NCBI GenBank assembly: GCA_965603825.1
Contig: CBFDEM010000009.1
Span: 186,001-250,000, forward strand
DNA from: Blepharisma stoltei ATCC 30299
Taxonomy: Eukaryota; Protista; Ciliophora
Reading direction: 5' to 3'
DNA length: 64,000 nt
Shown here: positions 25,478 through 37,485 of the stretch, in pieces
Position numbering within the stretch: the first letter of the stretch is position 1
How the letters are laid out: every line of letters begins with the position of its first letter
Made by a program: the position numbers and the translations under genes
Notes under the pieces: generated by a model
Seen by the model: only the letters and a program-made list of their open reading frames with translations
What the model was told of the DNA's origin: nothing
Databases searched by the model: none

Positions 25478-26350
25478 TTAGTAAAAGTTGGGCATACATG
25501 ATAAAAGTGAAATTGTACCTTTTAATACTTCTACTCCTTCTTTCCCAGCTGTTTTTCAAGCACTTGGCAGTCTATCAATAATTCTAATCATTCAACCACT
25601 TTCCTGCTCGGGCTGAGGATATTGATCTATGTTTTGAAAGCCATAACTAGTGATCTCACGATCATAATTACGAACTGGTAAAGAGTTTCCATATAAGTTT
25701 TCATTATCGTTTTTATATAATGTTGTCATAATTTTAGAGCATTTGCACTCTGAATACAATTTTTTATTTTGATTGCATATACATTCATATGGAATTTTAT
25801 ATGAGGGCAAATAAAATTCATCAAAAGTTTTTTCCTTTAATCCATCATTTGTATAGTAATATGGATACAAAATGAAATATTTACTATTTTTGCAATATAA
25901 ATACAGTGATAATTTAGAATTACCATATGAGGAAATCTTCCAGCCTATTTGATCTTGAAAAGCGATTTTTATTATACTTACATTGAAAAAATTGGCAAAG
26001 CTAAGTAAGAGTTTGGCTTGAATTTGTCTTTTGTTGAACTTCTGGCTAATAATTTTAGCAGCTGTACTTGAAAAATAATAATTATCAGTTAAGCCATCAA
26101 GCTTATTGCAATCCCGATCGGCAATGATGCTTTCAATATTTTGGGGTTCTCCTGTAAACTCGAACACCTCTCGGAGTTTGCTAAGACATTTGAGGTCAGA
26201 GGGATTATAAAAGATAATTGATTCAATTAACGATAGAAGTAGGGATTCTAAAATTTCTGTCTTATCAGGTATTTCCCTTGACATATAAAACTGAGCCTTT
26301 ATGAATTCTAAATCAATTGTGGAATGAAGTTGCTCTCTTTGTTTCCACAT
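25478..26350 (-). CDS. Hypothetical protein, ~290 aa, weak resemblance to a degenerate otubain (peptidase C65) C-terminal region
   Basis: Open frame. LLSFANFFNVSIIKI...LSLYLYCKNSKYFILYP resembles the otubain 'AL...L.V.I...VYLLYRPGHYDILY' segment but lacks the His. Confidence 0.55.
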
Positions 26351-26560
26351 TCTATATTATTATAAAAAGGCCATTTAAAATTTATTAAGATTCCTGTATG
26401 TTTTAGCTAAAACCTATAATTTTTTCATTTATAAATTTCCAATTATCTGCCTTTTTAAATAGCAAAATAGGAAAAAAATCATATTTGTTTACTTTTAATA
26501 GATTTTCTCTTACAATATTATGCATCAGCTTAATAATTTTGAAAATTTGTTAGATTAAAT

Positions 26561-27532
26561 ATGAAAGTTCAACGATGTGCAGGCCCAACTAGAAAAGTTT
26601 TCGTAAATATTCGTGATGTCCATAAACAGTCACCGCCTCTCCGAACTAACAAATCACCAAGCAGAGGAATATTAGTCCCGAAACCTCCTGAGCCTAAATC
26701 AGAGCCACATTTTATTCGTAAAAAAGTTGATTCTTTCAGATGCCACACTCCAGACCAAGGAGGAGGCAAGCCACAGTCTCCACAAACACTGCCCCCACTA
26801 GCTCAAAAAAAAGGAAATTCTTCTATTTCAAACTCGCCTTCACATTCTAATTCATCCACATGCCAAAGATGATATACTCCTACCCATTTTAAACCTAAAG
26901 AAATAGATACACATATTCTTCTCCCCAAGTCTCCCATAGATAAAGAAGATATTTGCACTCCCTATGAATTAAAAAGTAAGCAAAGGCTTACAAATAGAAA
27001 TGCAGAAATTAGAAGATCTTTTAAACAAATACCTCAACCGCCTGAAAAAATGCAGAGAGTTGATTTAAGAAAAGGCAGTTTTTCGAAAAAACAGATAGCA
27101 ACAGCGCTAGCGAGTGCAAACACCAGTGCAAATCTATCAAAAATTGATCTGGACATTTCAAAACTTTCTTTAAAATGTGAAGAAATTTTACAGCCGTGGG
27201 AAGACTTATCAACAAATAATCAATCGACAAATCCGACTCCAGATTTGAGTTCATCAGGACTGAATAGATTTCAGCATCTATCCAAAGGATATAGGCTTGA
27301 TAAGCAGTCATTTGCTAAGGAAATAGATAAGCAAACCCGAAGAACTCGATCAGAAAATAGTTCAACTGAGAAGCAGCCTAAAGGAATTCAAGCTTATACG
27401 CCAGAGCCGCCTTTGCTACATCCATGGCAGAAATTTATGCAAGATCTGGATGATATATCAAATATTGCAGATAATAAACAAAGTAATAAGTTTATTAAAC
27501 CTAAAGGACCTATCAGAGCAAGACACCTGTAA
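26561..27532 (+). CDS. Hypothetical Pro/Ser/Lys-rich, probably disordered protein, 323 aa
   Basis: Two in-frame ORFs joined via TGA at 26870-26872. Confidence 0.75.
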
Positions 27533-27562
27533 TAATTTGAAAATAATTTAAATTTAATTACA

Positions 27563-28540
27563 CTATAAAGAAATTGTAATACTTCCTATATATCCCGAAT
27601 TTGAAACTTCAAACAACACCCCTTTAAAGCTGAAATATCTTGTCGGCTCAAACCCATACGGATACCTTCTATTTCCTTCATCTTTTGGATGGCCTTCAAA
27701 AATCTCTATAATTTCATCCCACTTTGTAAGCGGATTCACTAGATGCTCATTAACAAAAAGTTTAAAATTACAGCGGTCATATTCGTTAAATAAATAATAA
27801 TCTGGCATATTTGTATATAGGATTGCTTTTTTTAACTGGTTAGAGTTTCCATCAAACATCAAGTCAAAGCCCTCTGAAAAATAATTATAAAAATAGTCAT
27901 TGGATTGCACATTTTGGCTTTGCTTATAAAATAGCTCATCAGGCGGGCCTAAGATCTCAATAACAGTCTCTGGAAATGACCCTCAAGCAAGCTCAATTGA
28001 TTTCCCATTAGGTGTTTTTACTATGATTTTTTCATTCAAATATACCAAATATTCATTGATTTTTGGCATTTGTATCCCCTGAATTTCTGGCAGTTTATTC
28101 CCTTTATGAATTAAAATTTTTGATAATTTTCCTTGATCACGTATTATGCTCATGCCATGATAAGTCTCCAATATAATATTTTCATCTAAATAATTCGGCA
28201 TAAATGAGTCCTCCAAATCATTAAGAATTTCTTGATAATTCGAGTACATTTGGGATTTAAAAACAATGAGGATATTTGGTGCTTCACATTCAGTACAATT
28301 TATTTCAATAATAATTAGTTTCTGATAGAGCTCGTCAAATACCAATTTAATTCGGCAATCAGGGACTATCAGATAAATTCTTTTAGTTTCTATTTCTTCG
28401 ACTACTTGAACTTCTGGGATTTTGGTGCTGAGATTTTTGAATTTATTGATAGCTTTGGTGATGCTCATGCCAAGGGTAAATTGTCCGCCAAGGCCTTTTC
28501 CAGGAATTACATGTAAAGAATCCATTTTATTTTTAAGCAT
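27563..28540 (-). CDS. PHAF1: PHAF1/C16orf70 (UPF0183) family protein, 325 aa
   Basis: FTLGMSI, VIEILGPPD..Y.K, DYFYNYF..GFDLMFD..KKAILYTNMP....FNEYDRCNF; ends in TAG. Confidence 0.8.
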
Positions 28541-29014
28541 TTGGAGGATTGCAAATTAATTTAGATTAAATTATCACATAAGAGCTGCATTTATCTAGTA
28601 CTGAATAATAAGAATAATAAAATATAAATTTTGTTGAAATAAAAAATTATAGTGCTTATATATTGAATCAAAAAATAGTTATGGCAACTAGCATTTGATG
28701 AATAATTTTGATTCTCTTATAATAAAAATTAGAACTTCTTATCAGTCAAGTTGAGATAATATATTTTTATTTTAACAGTTTAACAAGTTATTTGAAAAAT
28801 AAATCAATGAATTCCTTTCTAACAATTAATAAACCTTACTCTTAAATCTAAGACTTATTATAATTTTATTCTTTTGGTATTTATAATGATATGCAAGAAA
28901 GTTCTCTCTATTCAATAGAATAAGATTATGAGTTAATTTTAAATGCAATCCAATACTATATGATGGAAATTAGTAAAAACTGCATAGATATTGTTATTAG
29001 AAACAGCTATTAAA

Positions 29015-29953
29015 ATGGAAAGCGAGAAGTCTAATAAGCCCAGCAATTCAGATTTTAAGCAGCAACGGCTCAGAGGCTGGAATTGCTCACCTAACTCAGT
29101 AGTAATTGGATCTTTATACATCGTAATTGGGGTTGGATTCATCATTTTTGGCTGTTTTGTCATAGAAAAATCAAATGAAGTTTACGAAGTTTCTGAAAGA
29201 TACGATGACATAGGAGAATGCAAAGCAGACTGAAGAACTCCAAGGACCTGCGTTGTAGAGCTAGATGTTGAAGAGTACATGGAAAAGCCGATCTTTTTTT
29301 ATTATGAAATTAAAAATTTCTATCAAAATCATCGAAAATTTTATAAGAGCCGTGACATTTATCAACTAATGGGAGATGATAGATCAGAAAACGATGTCGA
29401 AAAATACTGCGACCCAGTAACAACAATGGAAGATTTAGGATTTTACACAACTTTGAATCTAACTGAAGACGATGTAGCAAACCCTTGTGGACTACTGCCC
29501 AAGGCATACTTTAATGACACTTTCTCATTTATAACTTCTAATGATACAGATAGTTTTATAGAAATTGAAATGGAAAATGATAAAATTGCATGGGATGTAG
29601 ACACTGACGAAAAATTCGAAGAAAACGATAATTCAGAAGAAGTACAGTGGATTGATGTAGAGAATGAACATTTCATTGTCTGGATGAATGTAGCTGGACT
29701 GCCATATTTTAGGAAGCTATGGGGAAGGATCGAGCAAGACTTGCCTGAAGGGAAATACCAAGTTGTTATTGTAAACAATTATGATGTCGCCTCTTTTAAT
29801 GGACAAAAGTGGGTTGTAATTAGTACGACTTCAAGGTTCGGAGGGAAAGTGGCGTTCATTGGAGTTTTATATATCATTTTTGGAGCTTGCGCATTGTTTG
29901 GGGCAATTATTATTTTCCTCACTGTTTATTTGAGGAAGAGGGCTGGGAGATAA
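29015..29953 (+). CDS. CDC50: CDC50/LEM3 family P4-ATPase beta subunit, 312 aa
   Basis: FKQQRL.GW, two TM helices, YYEIKNFYQNHRKF..SRD..QL.G, PCGL....FNDTF, NEHFIVWM..AGLP.FRKLWG. Confidence 0.93.
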
Positions 29954-30000
29954 TATTATATTAATTAACAAACATAATTCGCATGTACTTTGTTCATTAT

Positions 30001-31185
30001 TTAACATAACGAAAGAATGAAGTCAGCATATACTGAGCAATGGCTAGATGCCCATGTTTTTTTACTCAATGCTTTTCCAACGACCTCACAATTAGGCGGC
30101 TCTTCAAGGTTTCTATAATAGATCCTATCAAATCTATTATATGAACTCCAGCTTGGATAAGTGAAGCCATTCCCTTCACTTTCCTTCGTTTTTCATGCGT
30201 CTTTTAGCGTGCTGAGCTGTTGTTTTATATGGTATTTTCCTTCTAATACATCTCCAGGCACCTGATATTTTTCTTTGATTTTGAAATCTCCTAACAAGAT
30301 CTGAGGAATCCTCCCTTTATCACTTTTATCCATAAATCCTAAGATTTCTGATGCCTGCATAACTTGGCGCTTATTGTCAGTTGTCATTTGGACATTAAAG
30401 ACTTCAAATGCTTTTTTTGGGTGGCTTATAAGGGCTCTTATACAATACCTTTCATTTGAGTCTTCCTTTGATGATGAAAGTTTTATTGAAGTTACATCAG
30501 AAATAGGATACCTTGAAATAACGGCAATACCTTCTATTGTCCCATCCTTATAAACCATCGAATCATGCCAATAATAATACGGATACTCAGGTATTGCGTC
30601 TAATATTTCTTTAAGCATGTTTCTTCCTTTGGGCTTGTCTAATAAAAAGCTTTCTGTAAGCCATCTAAAAGTTCTCTCAAATAGACATTGTCCATGATAA
30701 GGGTCATTTTTTATGTCTTGCAGACATAGGATATCAGGGTTTGTTTTTTTGATTTGTTGGACAATCATATGTTTCCGTTTATCTCAGTCAGGATCATCAT
30801 CAAATTTTGTTATATTATAAGTTTGTGCTCTTAATATACAAGGAGTCCCTATATAATATTTACCTGGTTCATTAACATAAATAAGTGGGCAAACTGCTCG
30901 AAGAACATAAGTAGTTAATGAAATATCATCCTTTATATGAATTCAGTTATTTCCGAAAGGAACCAGTAATTCAAAGGTAGGGTCGTCATCATCTATGAAT
31001 TTGGCAATAGAGCTGAATAGGGATTACTGATAGAGAGACTCATAACTGCAGGACCTAAAATTATAGATGGCATAGGTTCTTGAGTCTAATAAAATCTTTA
31101 AAGGTGACTGAGACTCCATTCCTAGGAAATAAGTTTTATTATTGATTAAAGTGAAATTTAAATTTTTGAAGTAAAATTTAACCAT
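30001..31185 (-). CDS. Endonuclease/exonuclease/phosphatase (EEP) superfamily protein, one 15-nt intron; start at 31185 or 31119
   Basis: TYNI, PDILCLQD, GIAVISRYPI, ILLGDFK, DAW, RFDRIYY, ASSHCSV; several catalytic positions diverged. Confidence 0.8.
31013..31027 (-). other. 15-nt intron GTAATCCCTATTCAG
   Basis: Removes an in-frame TAA; frame stays open upstream. Confidence 0.75.
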
Positions 31186-31617
31186 TCGATATTTTATCAT
31201 TACGGCGATAATGAATTTAATAAATATGAAAAGCGTTAATACTGAAAAGTCTGAAGAATGCCATAAAAAACTTTTGAAATAAATGATGAAATAAATTTAA
31301 ATTTAAAAATACATGAAAAAGCGCCATCATAATTGCGGTTTAAATATATATGTAAAAGTTTTGTTTATTTGAAACATTTCAGTTGAATTTAAGCAAAAAT
31401 AATAATCAGAATTAAAGCTGAAGTTTTTAACACAAAAAATTACAAAAGACAACGCTATCAAATTTTTTATAATTCTATTAGTTAAGAAAAGGAATACTAA
31501 ATTTATTAATTTAGCATACTTATTATCTTAGTTTTCAATACTACTCCTTCTTTCCCTATTATTTCTCATTAAATTTTTTCCTCATCAAAGTAAATATAAA
31601 GTAGCCAAAATGATTTA

Positions 31618-32190
31618 ATGAATAATAAATCCAAAGGGTGCTGCTCATGCTTTAAAGCTATGTTCAGCAGTAGACCAAAGTCGTAATTCCAATTCAGTAT
31701 CAAAAACAATAAATCTGATAATACCGCAGCAGCTAAAAGTCCTCAAAAAACACAGCCCACTGAAGAAGCTTCAAATAAATCGCCTGAAGCAAAAGAAAAA
31801 AGAAATCCTAATTCAAAGCTTGGGAAAAATAATAAAAAAGCTAAAACAGGACGATTAATAGTCAATGCAGAGACTTTTCCATTAGATGAGTCTTCAATTT
31901 CTCTACGCATATCAAATGATATCAGCATTTCTAATGATGTTCTATTTTATGATAAAAATTCAATTGGCAATCAAAGTGTTGACCCAGAGCAAATCAGATG
32001 CAATCTTGATGCCGCTTTTCACATTATGCAAGACGCCTTAAATACTTCATTTATAAATTCCAATTATCTGGATAGTGATGGCAAAGAACCTTTTACAAAA
32101 GTTGTGAAAAATATAAACTTTAAAGAGCTATTGAAAGACGAAGAAATCAGCATTTCAAGAGATAGCAATAATGAAAAGATTAGTAGCTAA
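31618..32190 (+). CDS. Hypothetical protein, 185 aa, N-terminal GCCSC motif; absent from the ORF track
   Basis: ATG 31618, a 15-nt intron, then about 163 open codons to TAA 32188-32190. Confidence 0.7.
31683..31697 (+). other. 15-nt intron GTAATTCCAATTCAG
   Basis: Removes an in-frame TAA and links the ATG to the long open frame. Confidence 0.75.
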
Positions 32191-32642
32191 GTTATTTATA
32201 AGTGACTCTGCTAGATAATAGGGTGAATAAGGAAATCTAATGAAATTACATTTTAGAATAAATTATTCTTCAGAAAAATAAACTTATTATATTCAAAATA
32301 GGATATCTTCTTTTAAAATTACAGGAAAATCGATATATCAAAGACTTTAAAAGCCTATTGAACTATGATTCGGATTAGCTGTTATATTTTAATTGATATG
32401 CATTTTGAGCTTGCATTTTCGGGAAATTTTAATTTATGATGAAAATATATATGGATAAGCAACTTCTCAAAACTTTTCGAAATGGCGCAACATTTTAATA
32501 TAAAATACAATAAAGGATAATATTTAATCCGATATTCTTTATTGATAATTTTTTATGATTTTGATGGGTTGTGACTATATAAATTTCCATATTAGTCTGC
32601 TCAAACATATTTTTTCAGTAATTTGTTTTCATTTATAAAATA

Positions 32643-33056
32643 ATGGTGTTTGTAGATAATTCAAAAATTATCAGTTCAGAGGACAGCTGGTTCAAGAGAT
32701 CCCAAGACGCATTGAAAGAAAGGTTTTTCAATGTAGCAAACGAAATTAAATCATCCCAGAACAAGTTTTATGAGATAGAAAAAAGATGCTACCAAGAAGG
32801 TCGTGGTCAATGCCTTGCCCAACATGATGAATTCAAGCTCCTTATAGCTGACCTTCAAAGAAAGCAAGAAAAGGAAAAACAAAAGTGCTTTGATACCTGC
32901 AAAGCCCTCATTCCTAAAGATCAAAACACAAATATAAAGCAAGTAAATTGGGAAAGCGACTATTTCGAGTGCTACTCACTTTATATGGAGAGATATATAA
33001 AGCTGATGCAGAATGAAAGCGAAGTCTATAAGAACGCGACAAGCAAGCTGCTTTAA
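32643..33056 (+). CDS. Small helical/coiled-coil protein with spaced Cys, 137 aa
   Basis: Uninterrupted ORF with coding-like composition between AT-rich spacers. Confidence 0.75.
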   Translation: MVFVDNSKIISSEDSWFKRSQDALKERFFNVANEIKSSQNKFYEIEKRCYQEGRGQCLAQHDEFKLLIADLQRKQEKEKQKCFDTCKALIPKDQNTNIKQVNWESDYFECYSLYMERYIKLMQNESEVYKNATSKLL

Positions 33057-33303
33057 AGTAATGAATAATGAAAAATTAATAAAATTGTCTAATGGAATTA
33101 TATAGAATGAATCAAATAATAGGGAAACGCTTGATAGTATAAATATGGGTTTAGAATCTCTATTTTGCTATTTTATAAAGCAAATTTTTAGGCAATTATT
33201 TTCTTCATACTTTCTATTTATATTAGAAAATTAAAAATTTTGAATAAAATAAAATCTAAATTTTTCCCCGAAATTTTCTTTATCCATATATTATTACAAT
33301 AAT

Positions 33304-34524
33304 ATGCTGCTCTCGCGAACTTTAAGAAATCTCAACCCTCTCCAAAGATGGATTCGCACTCACGATGCAGGTCCTCTTGAAGAGCTAGAAAGAGATTTCT
33401 TGCCTTCTGAAGTTCTCTATAAGCAATTTTCAGAGAGAGGATTTGATTTTTATGCAGGGGTCCCAGATTCCTTCTTAAAAGATTTTACTGGATATATAGC
33501 CGATAATCATCCACCTAACAAGCACATCATAACAGCAAATGAAGGTACAGCTGTCTCAGTTGCTGCAGGCTACTATATGGCGACACGCAAATATCCAATC
33601 GTTTATTTACAAAATTCAGGCCTCGGCAATGTTATTAACCCCATCCTCAGCCTTTGTGATACCAGAGTTTACAAAATCCCCATCCTTTTCCTCATCGGCT
33701 GGCGTGGTGAGCCAGGCAAAAAAGATGAGCCTCAGCATTTAGTCCAAGGGAAAGTTATGAGCAACTTATTGACAGATTTAAGTATCAATTACGACGTTTT
33801 GCCAAACTTTGAAGAAGGCTCAGGAGCTTCAATTGACACTGCTTTGTATCATTTGAAATCAAGAGGGTCTCCTTATGCTTTTCTTGTCAGACGTAAAAAT
33901 TTTGTGGACTATGATTCCAAAAGTCAAATAAAGGTAGACCTCCCTATGAGTAGAGAAGATGCAATTGACAAGCTGACTGATAAACTTTCTAAGTTCGATA
34001 TAGTAGTTTCTACTAGTGGATTTGCCTCAAGAGAGCTATCAGATATAAGGCATCATAAAAACCAGCACCAAGACCAAGATTTCTATTGTGTAGGCTCATC
34101 AGGGCATACTTCAAGCATAGCACTAGGTATCGCAATTGCAAAACCATCAAAAAAAGTTTATTGCTTCGATGGTGATGGCTCTTTTCTCATGCACATGGGA
34201 TCAATTGCGACAAATGGCTCAAGACAGCTGCCTAATTTTAGACACATCTTGCTAAACAACGGATGCCATGATACTGTAGGAGGCCAGCCCACTAATGGTT
34301 TTGACATTGATTTCCCTAGAATCGCAAAGGCTTGTGGGTACAAATATGTAGCGTCTGTATCAACAAAAGAAGAGCTTGATAAAAGTTTTAACGAAATGGA
34401 GCAGACAGTAGGGTCTTGTTTCTTAGAAATCAAGGTTGCAAGGAGGACGAGAAACGACTTAGGCAGGTTTAAAGGAGATCCAAAAGATAACAAGGTCAAT
34501 TTTATGAATTTCTTAGAGCTTTAG
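33304..34524 (+). CDS. ppd: Phosphonopyruvate decarboxylase (TPP-dependent), 406 aa, probable mitochondrial presequence
   Basis: FYAGVPDS.LK, ANEG.AV..AAG, YLQNSGLGN..NP, GWRGEPG.KDEPQH..QG, DGDGSFLMHMG, NNG.HD.VGGQPT. Confidence 0.92.
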   Translation: MLLSRTLRNLNPLQRWIRTHDAGPLEELERDFLPSEVLYKQFSERGFDFYAGVPDSFLKDFTGYIADNHPPNKHIITANEGTAVSVAAGYYMATRKYPIVYLQNSGLGNVINPILSLCDTRVYKIPILFLIGWRGEPGKKDEPQHLVQGKVMSNLLTDLSINYDVLPNFEEGSGASIDTALYHLKSRGSPYAFLVRRKNFVDYDSKSQIKVDLPMSREDAIDKLTDKLSKFDIVVSTSGFASRELSDIRHHKNQHQDQDFYCVGSSGHTSSIALGIAIAKPSKKVYCFDGDGSFLMHMGSIATNGSRQLPNFRHILLNNGCHDTVGGQPTNGFDIDFPRIAKACGYKYVASVSTKEELDKSFNEMEQTVGSCFLEIKVARRTRNDLGRFKGDPKDNKVNFMNFLEL

Positions 34525-34552
34525 AGTAATTGGATATTTAATATTCTTATAA

Positions 34553-35761
34553 ATGGAAGCAAGGAGACTCAAAGTAATTGAACAGCATTTATTGGGGCTT
34601 CAAGAAGTTTGCATTGTGGCAGCTGGAAGATCGCCAGTTCATAGGATCTTTGGTGAATTATCGGCAATAAGTTCTATCGATTTAGCAGCAAATACTCTTG
34701 CAGGGACTCTGTCTAAATACAATATCAATACAGATAATATTCAAGAGCTTTATATGGGAAACTTGTTTTCCCCAAACCTTGGGCAAAATCCAGCCAAACA
34801 AGTGGCAGTAAAATCAGGTCTTAGTGATAGTGCAAACTGCATGATCTTAAATAAGCTGTGTGCTAGTGGGATGAAAGCAATTATGCTTGCTGCGATGTCG
34901 ATTGCTCAAGGAAGTGCTGATTGTGCAGCTGCAGGAGGCATGGAAAGCATGTCTAATGCACCTTATTTACATCCTAAAATAAGAGACGGCTTGGTCAGAG
35001 GAAACCATAAAGCTCTTGACTCTATTGACCATGATGCATTTATTGATCCCTTTTCTGGACACTTGCCACCTTTTATATCTGACAAGGTCTCAGAGAAAGT
35101 AAATATTTCAAGAGAAGAACTCGATAGTTATGCAGAAGAAAGCTATAAAAAGGCTTCAAATGCGTGGAAAATGAATAAGTTCGTCAATGAAGTAATCCCT
35201 ATCCAAAATCAAAAAAAAGCTGGGAAAATTATTGATAAAGATAATTTAAAAGGAGGAGATTTTGATATAAAAAAATTAAGACCAGTGCTAAAAAACGGAA
35301 AAACAACAGCTGGAAATTCATGTGGGCTAAATGATGGAGCATCTGTAATTGTGCTGTGCTCAAGGAAAAAAGCTAATGAAATGGGCTGGAAAGTACTAGC
35401 AACCATAGTATCAATGGCAGATGCTGAACAAGCCTGCATTGATTTTCCATTGACACCTAGCTTGGCAATCAAAAAAGCTTTACAAAGAGCAAGCTTGCCA
35501 ATAAATCAGCTTGATTTTATAGAGATAAACGAAGCTTTCTCATCAGTGATAGTCGGAAATTCGAAGCTGCTCAACTATGATATAGGAAAAATAAATGCAT
35601 ATGGAGGCGGAATTGCTATGGGCCATCCAGTCGGCAGCTCTGGATGCCGAATAGTTGTAACTTTATTATCAGTCTTAAAACAAGAAGGCGGAAACTATGG
35701 CTCAGCAGCGATTTGTAATGGCGGTGGAGGTGCTTCTGCAATAATTATTAAAAAAGAATAA
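34553..35761 (+). CDS. Thiolase (acetyl-CoA C-acyl/acetyltransferase) with PTS2, 402 aa
   Basis: NKLCASGMKA, GGMESMS, NEAF, GHPVG.SG, AICNGGGGA; N-terminal RLKVIEQHL fits RLx5HL. Confidence 0.93.
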   Translation: MEARRLKVIEQHLLGLQEVCIVAAGRSPVHRIFGELSAISSIDLAANTLAGTLSKYNINTDNIQELYMGNLFSPNLGQNPAKQVAVKSGLSDSANCMILNKLCASGMKAIMLAAMSIAQGSADCAAAGGMESMSNAPYLHPKIRDGLVRGNHKALDSIDHDAFIDPFSGHLPPFISDKVSEKVNISREELDSYAEESYKKASNAWKMNKFVNEVIPIQNQKKAGKIIDKDNLKGGDFDIKKLRPVLKNGKTTAGNSCGLNDGASVIVLCSRKKANEMGWKVLATIVSMADAEQACIDFPLTPSLAIKKALQRASLPINQLDFIEINEAFSSVIVGNSKLLNYDIGKINAYGGGIAMGHPVGSSGCRIVVTLLSVLKQEGGNYGSAAICNGGGGASAIIIKKE

Positions 35762-35798
35762 TTAATAAATCATTGAATAGTTTAAAATAATAAATATA

Positions 35799-37466
35799 AT
35801 GCAATCAGGCGGAGTAAGCTTCGATGAAGTATTTTTAAATTAGGCTTTTAAATTAGTAGGTGGACATGGGAGCTTTCAATTGAAATCCAGCATTGGGCTG
35901 TGGTTGAGCCTACTGCATGGCTTTATTTTACTTTTTGGCTTTCAGTATAGCTTGACTATCCCTAGTCTTATATGCAAAGATAAAGCAGGTCTAGAAACTT
36001 GTAGCGAAGAAACAGCGTGCAGAGTTGGAGAGTTCATTTTTGATCCTCACGAAATAAAAAGTGCGGTTTCCGAGTGGTAATTATAAATCAGGACACTCTT
36101 ATGCGGCATGAAGTATCATATCTTTATTCTGATTGCAATTGTTGGCGTAGGATTCTCTATAGGAATTTTAGTATTAGGAAAACTTGCTGAGATATACGGA
36201 AGAAAAAAAACTTTATTTTTTGGGATCATTCACTCTGCTTCTACTGGATTTGTGCTCATTTGCTCTCGAACACCTTGATTCTTTTCGACAATTATGTTTT
36301 TTTGTAGCTTATCGCTTCCTGCTTCAATTATTATCCCTTATGTGTGGATTTTTGAACTCTCAGACAAGCCTTTTAGACCGATTTTTTATTTACTAAATAC
36401 AGTTTTAGTGACTATGGCATTTGCTATTGCTTATGCAGCCTCTAATTATTTTTTGTCCTGAAGAGCTTCGGTTATAGCGTCAGTTATTTTTGGGCTAATC
36501 GCAATTTTCCCATTACGGTCCTTGAAAGAGTCACCGAGATTTTTAGCCTGCAACCTTGGAAGATATTCTAAAGCAAGGAAAATACTGAAATTTATATCAG
36601 AAGTTAACAAAAAAGAAAGCTTTCAGGAAAAATTAGAAGGGGAAGCTTTTAATGAGTACGAAAAAGCAGGCAAAATATCGACTCATGTGTCAGACCAGCC
36701 ATCTGGAGCAACTGCTGTGCTGGCTCTAGACGAGAGCACATTAGAAAAAGAAAAACATGAGGATAAAGGTATTCACATAGGATTTAAGTATGTGTTTTTT
36801 TCAAGAAGACTTAGGAAAATGCTATTCAGATGCAGTTTTTCATGATTAATTGTCGGTTTTGAATTAGGAATCATTGTTAGCCAATCCAAGTATTTCATAA
36901 ATTATTCTTTATTTGAGCTTACAATCAGCTGCATCTTGTGCCTCTTATTATCCACACAAGCTGCTATATTTGGCAACAAAATTGGAACTCGACGATCTAC
37001 GATGATTGCATCTGCGTTTTTCATCATAGCATGTGCAATTCCTTTATTGACTTACATTGACTCCCCTATGCTAAAAACAGTATCAAGCTATGGACTTATA
37101 ATAACTTTTCCTGCAATTTTCAGTGTAATTACATTCTTGTTCATTATAACTCAAGAATCATTCCCAACATACGGTAGATGTTTGGCTTCATTTCTTTGCT
37201 TATTTTTTATGATTTGCTCTTTTGCAATAGGATATTCTATTCAATACTTGCATATTCCTCAAAAAATAATTCTTTGGGCGGTAAGTCTTGTTTTAATCCC
37301 TTCAATTTGTCTTTACCACCCAGACTCTCTATATGAAGAAAACTTTGACGGAGCTGCTGACACATCAAGTATCGAAATAACTGTCCAAGCCACAAAGAAA
37401 CCGCCAAGCCATCAGAAATCAAACTCATCAAGCTTCCAAGTAATGAGTGAAGAGCTAAGCGCTTAA
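35799..37466 (+). CDS. MFS transporter, SLC22/organic cation transporter-like, ~545 aa, two 15-nt introns
   Basis: After splicing: SFDEAFKLVGGHGSFQ, SEWTLLC, LAEIYGRKK, SWR (TGA), ESPRFL, ESFPTYGR. Confidence 0.85.
35829..35843 (+). other. 15-nt intron GTATTTTTAAATTAG
   Basis: Removes an in-frame TAG and restores the SLC22 N-terminal motif. Confidence 0.85.
36077..36091 (+). other. 15-nt intron GTAATTATAAATCAG
   Basis: Removes TAA and restores the EW.L.C motif. Confidence 0.85.
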
Positions 37467-37485
37467 ATCATTATAATAATCTCTA

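Noticed and set aside
33304-37466. Phosphonate biosynthetic gene cluster (ppd, thiolase, transporter)
   Set aside because: No PEP mutase or AEP transaminase is present, and the products appear targeted to different compartments, so a functional link is unsupported.
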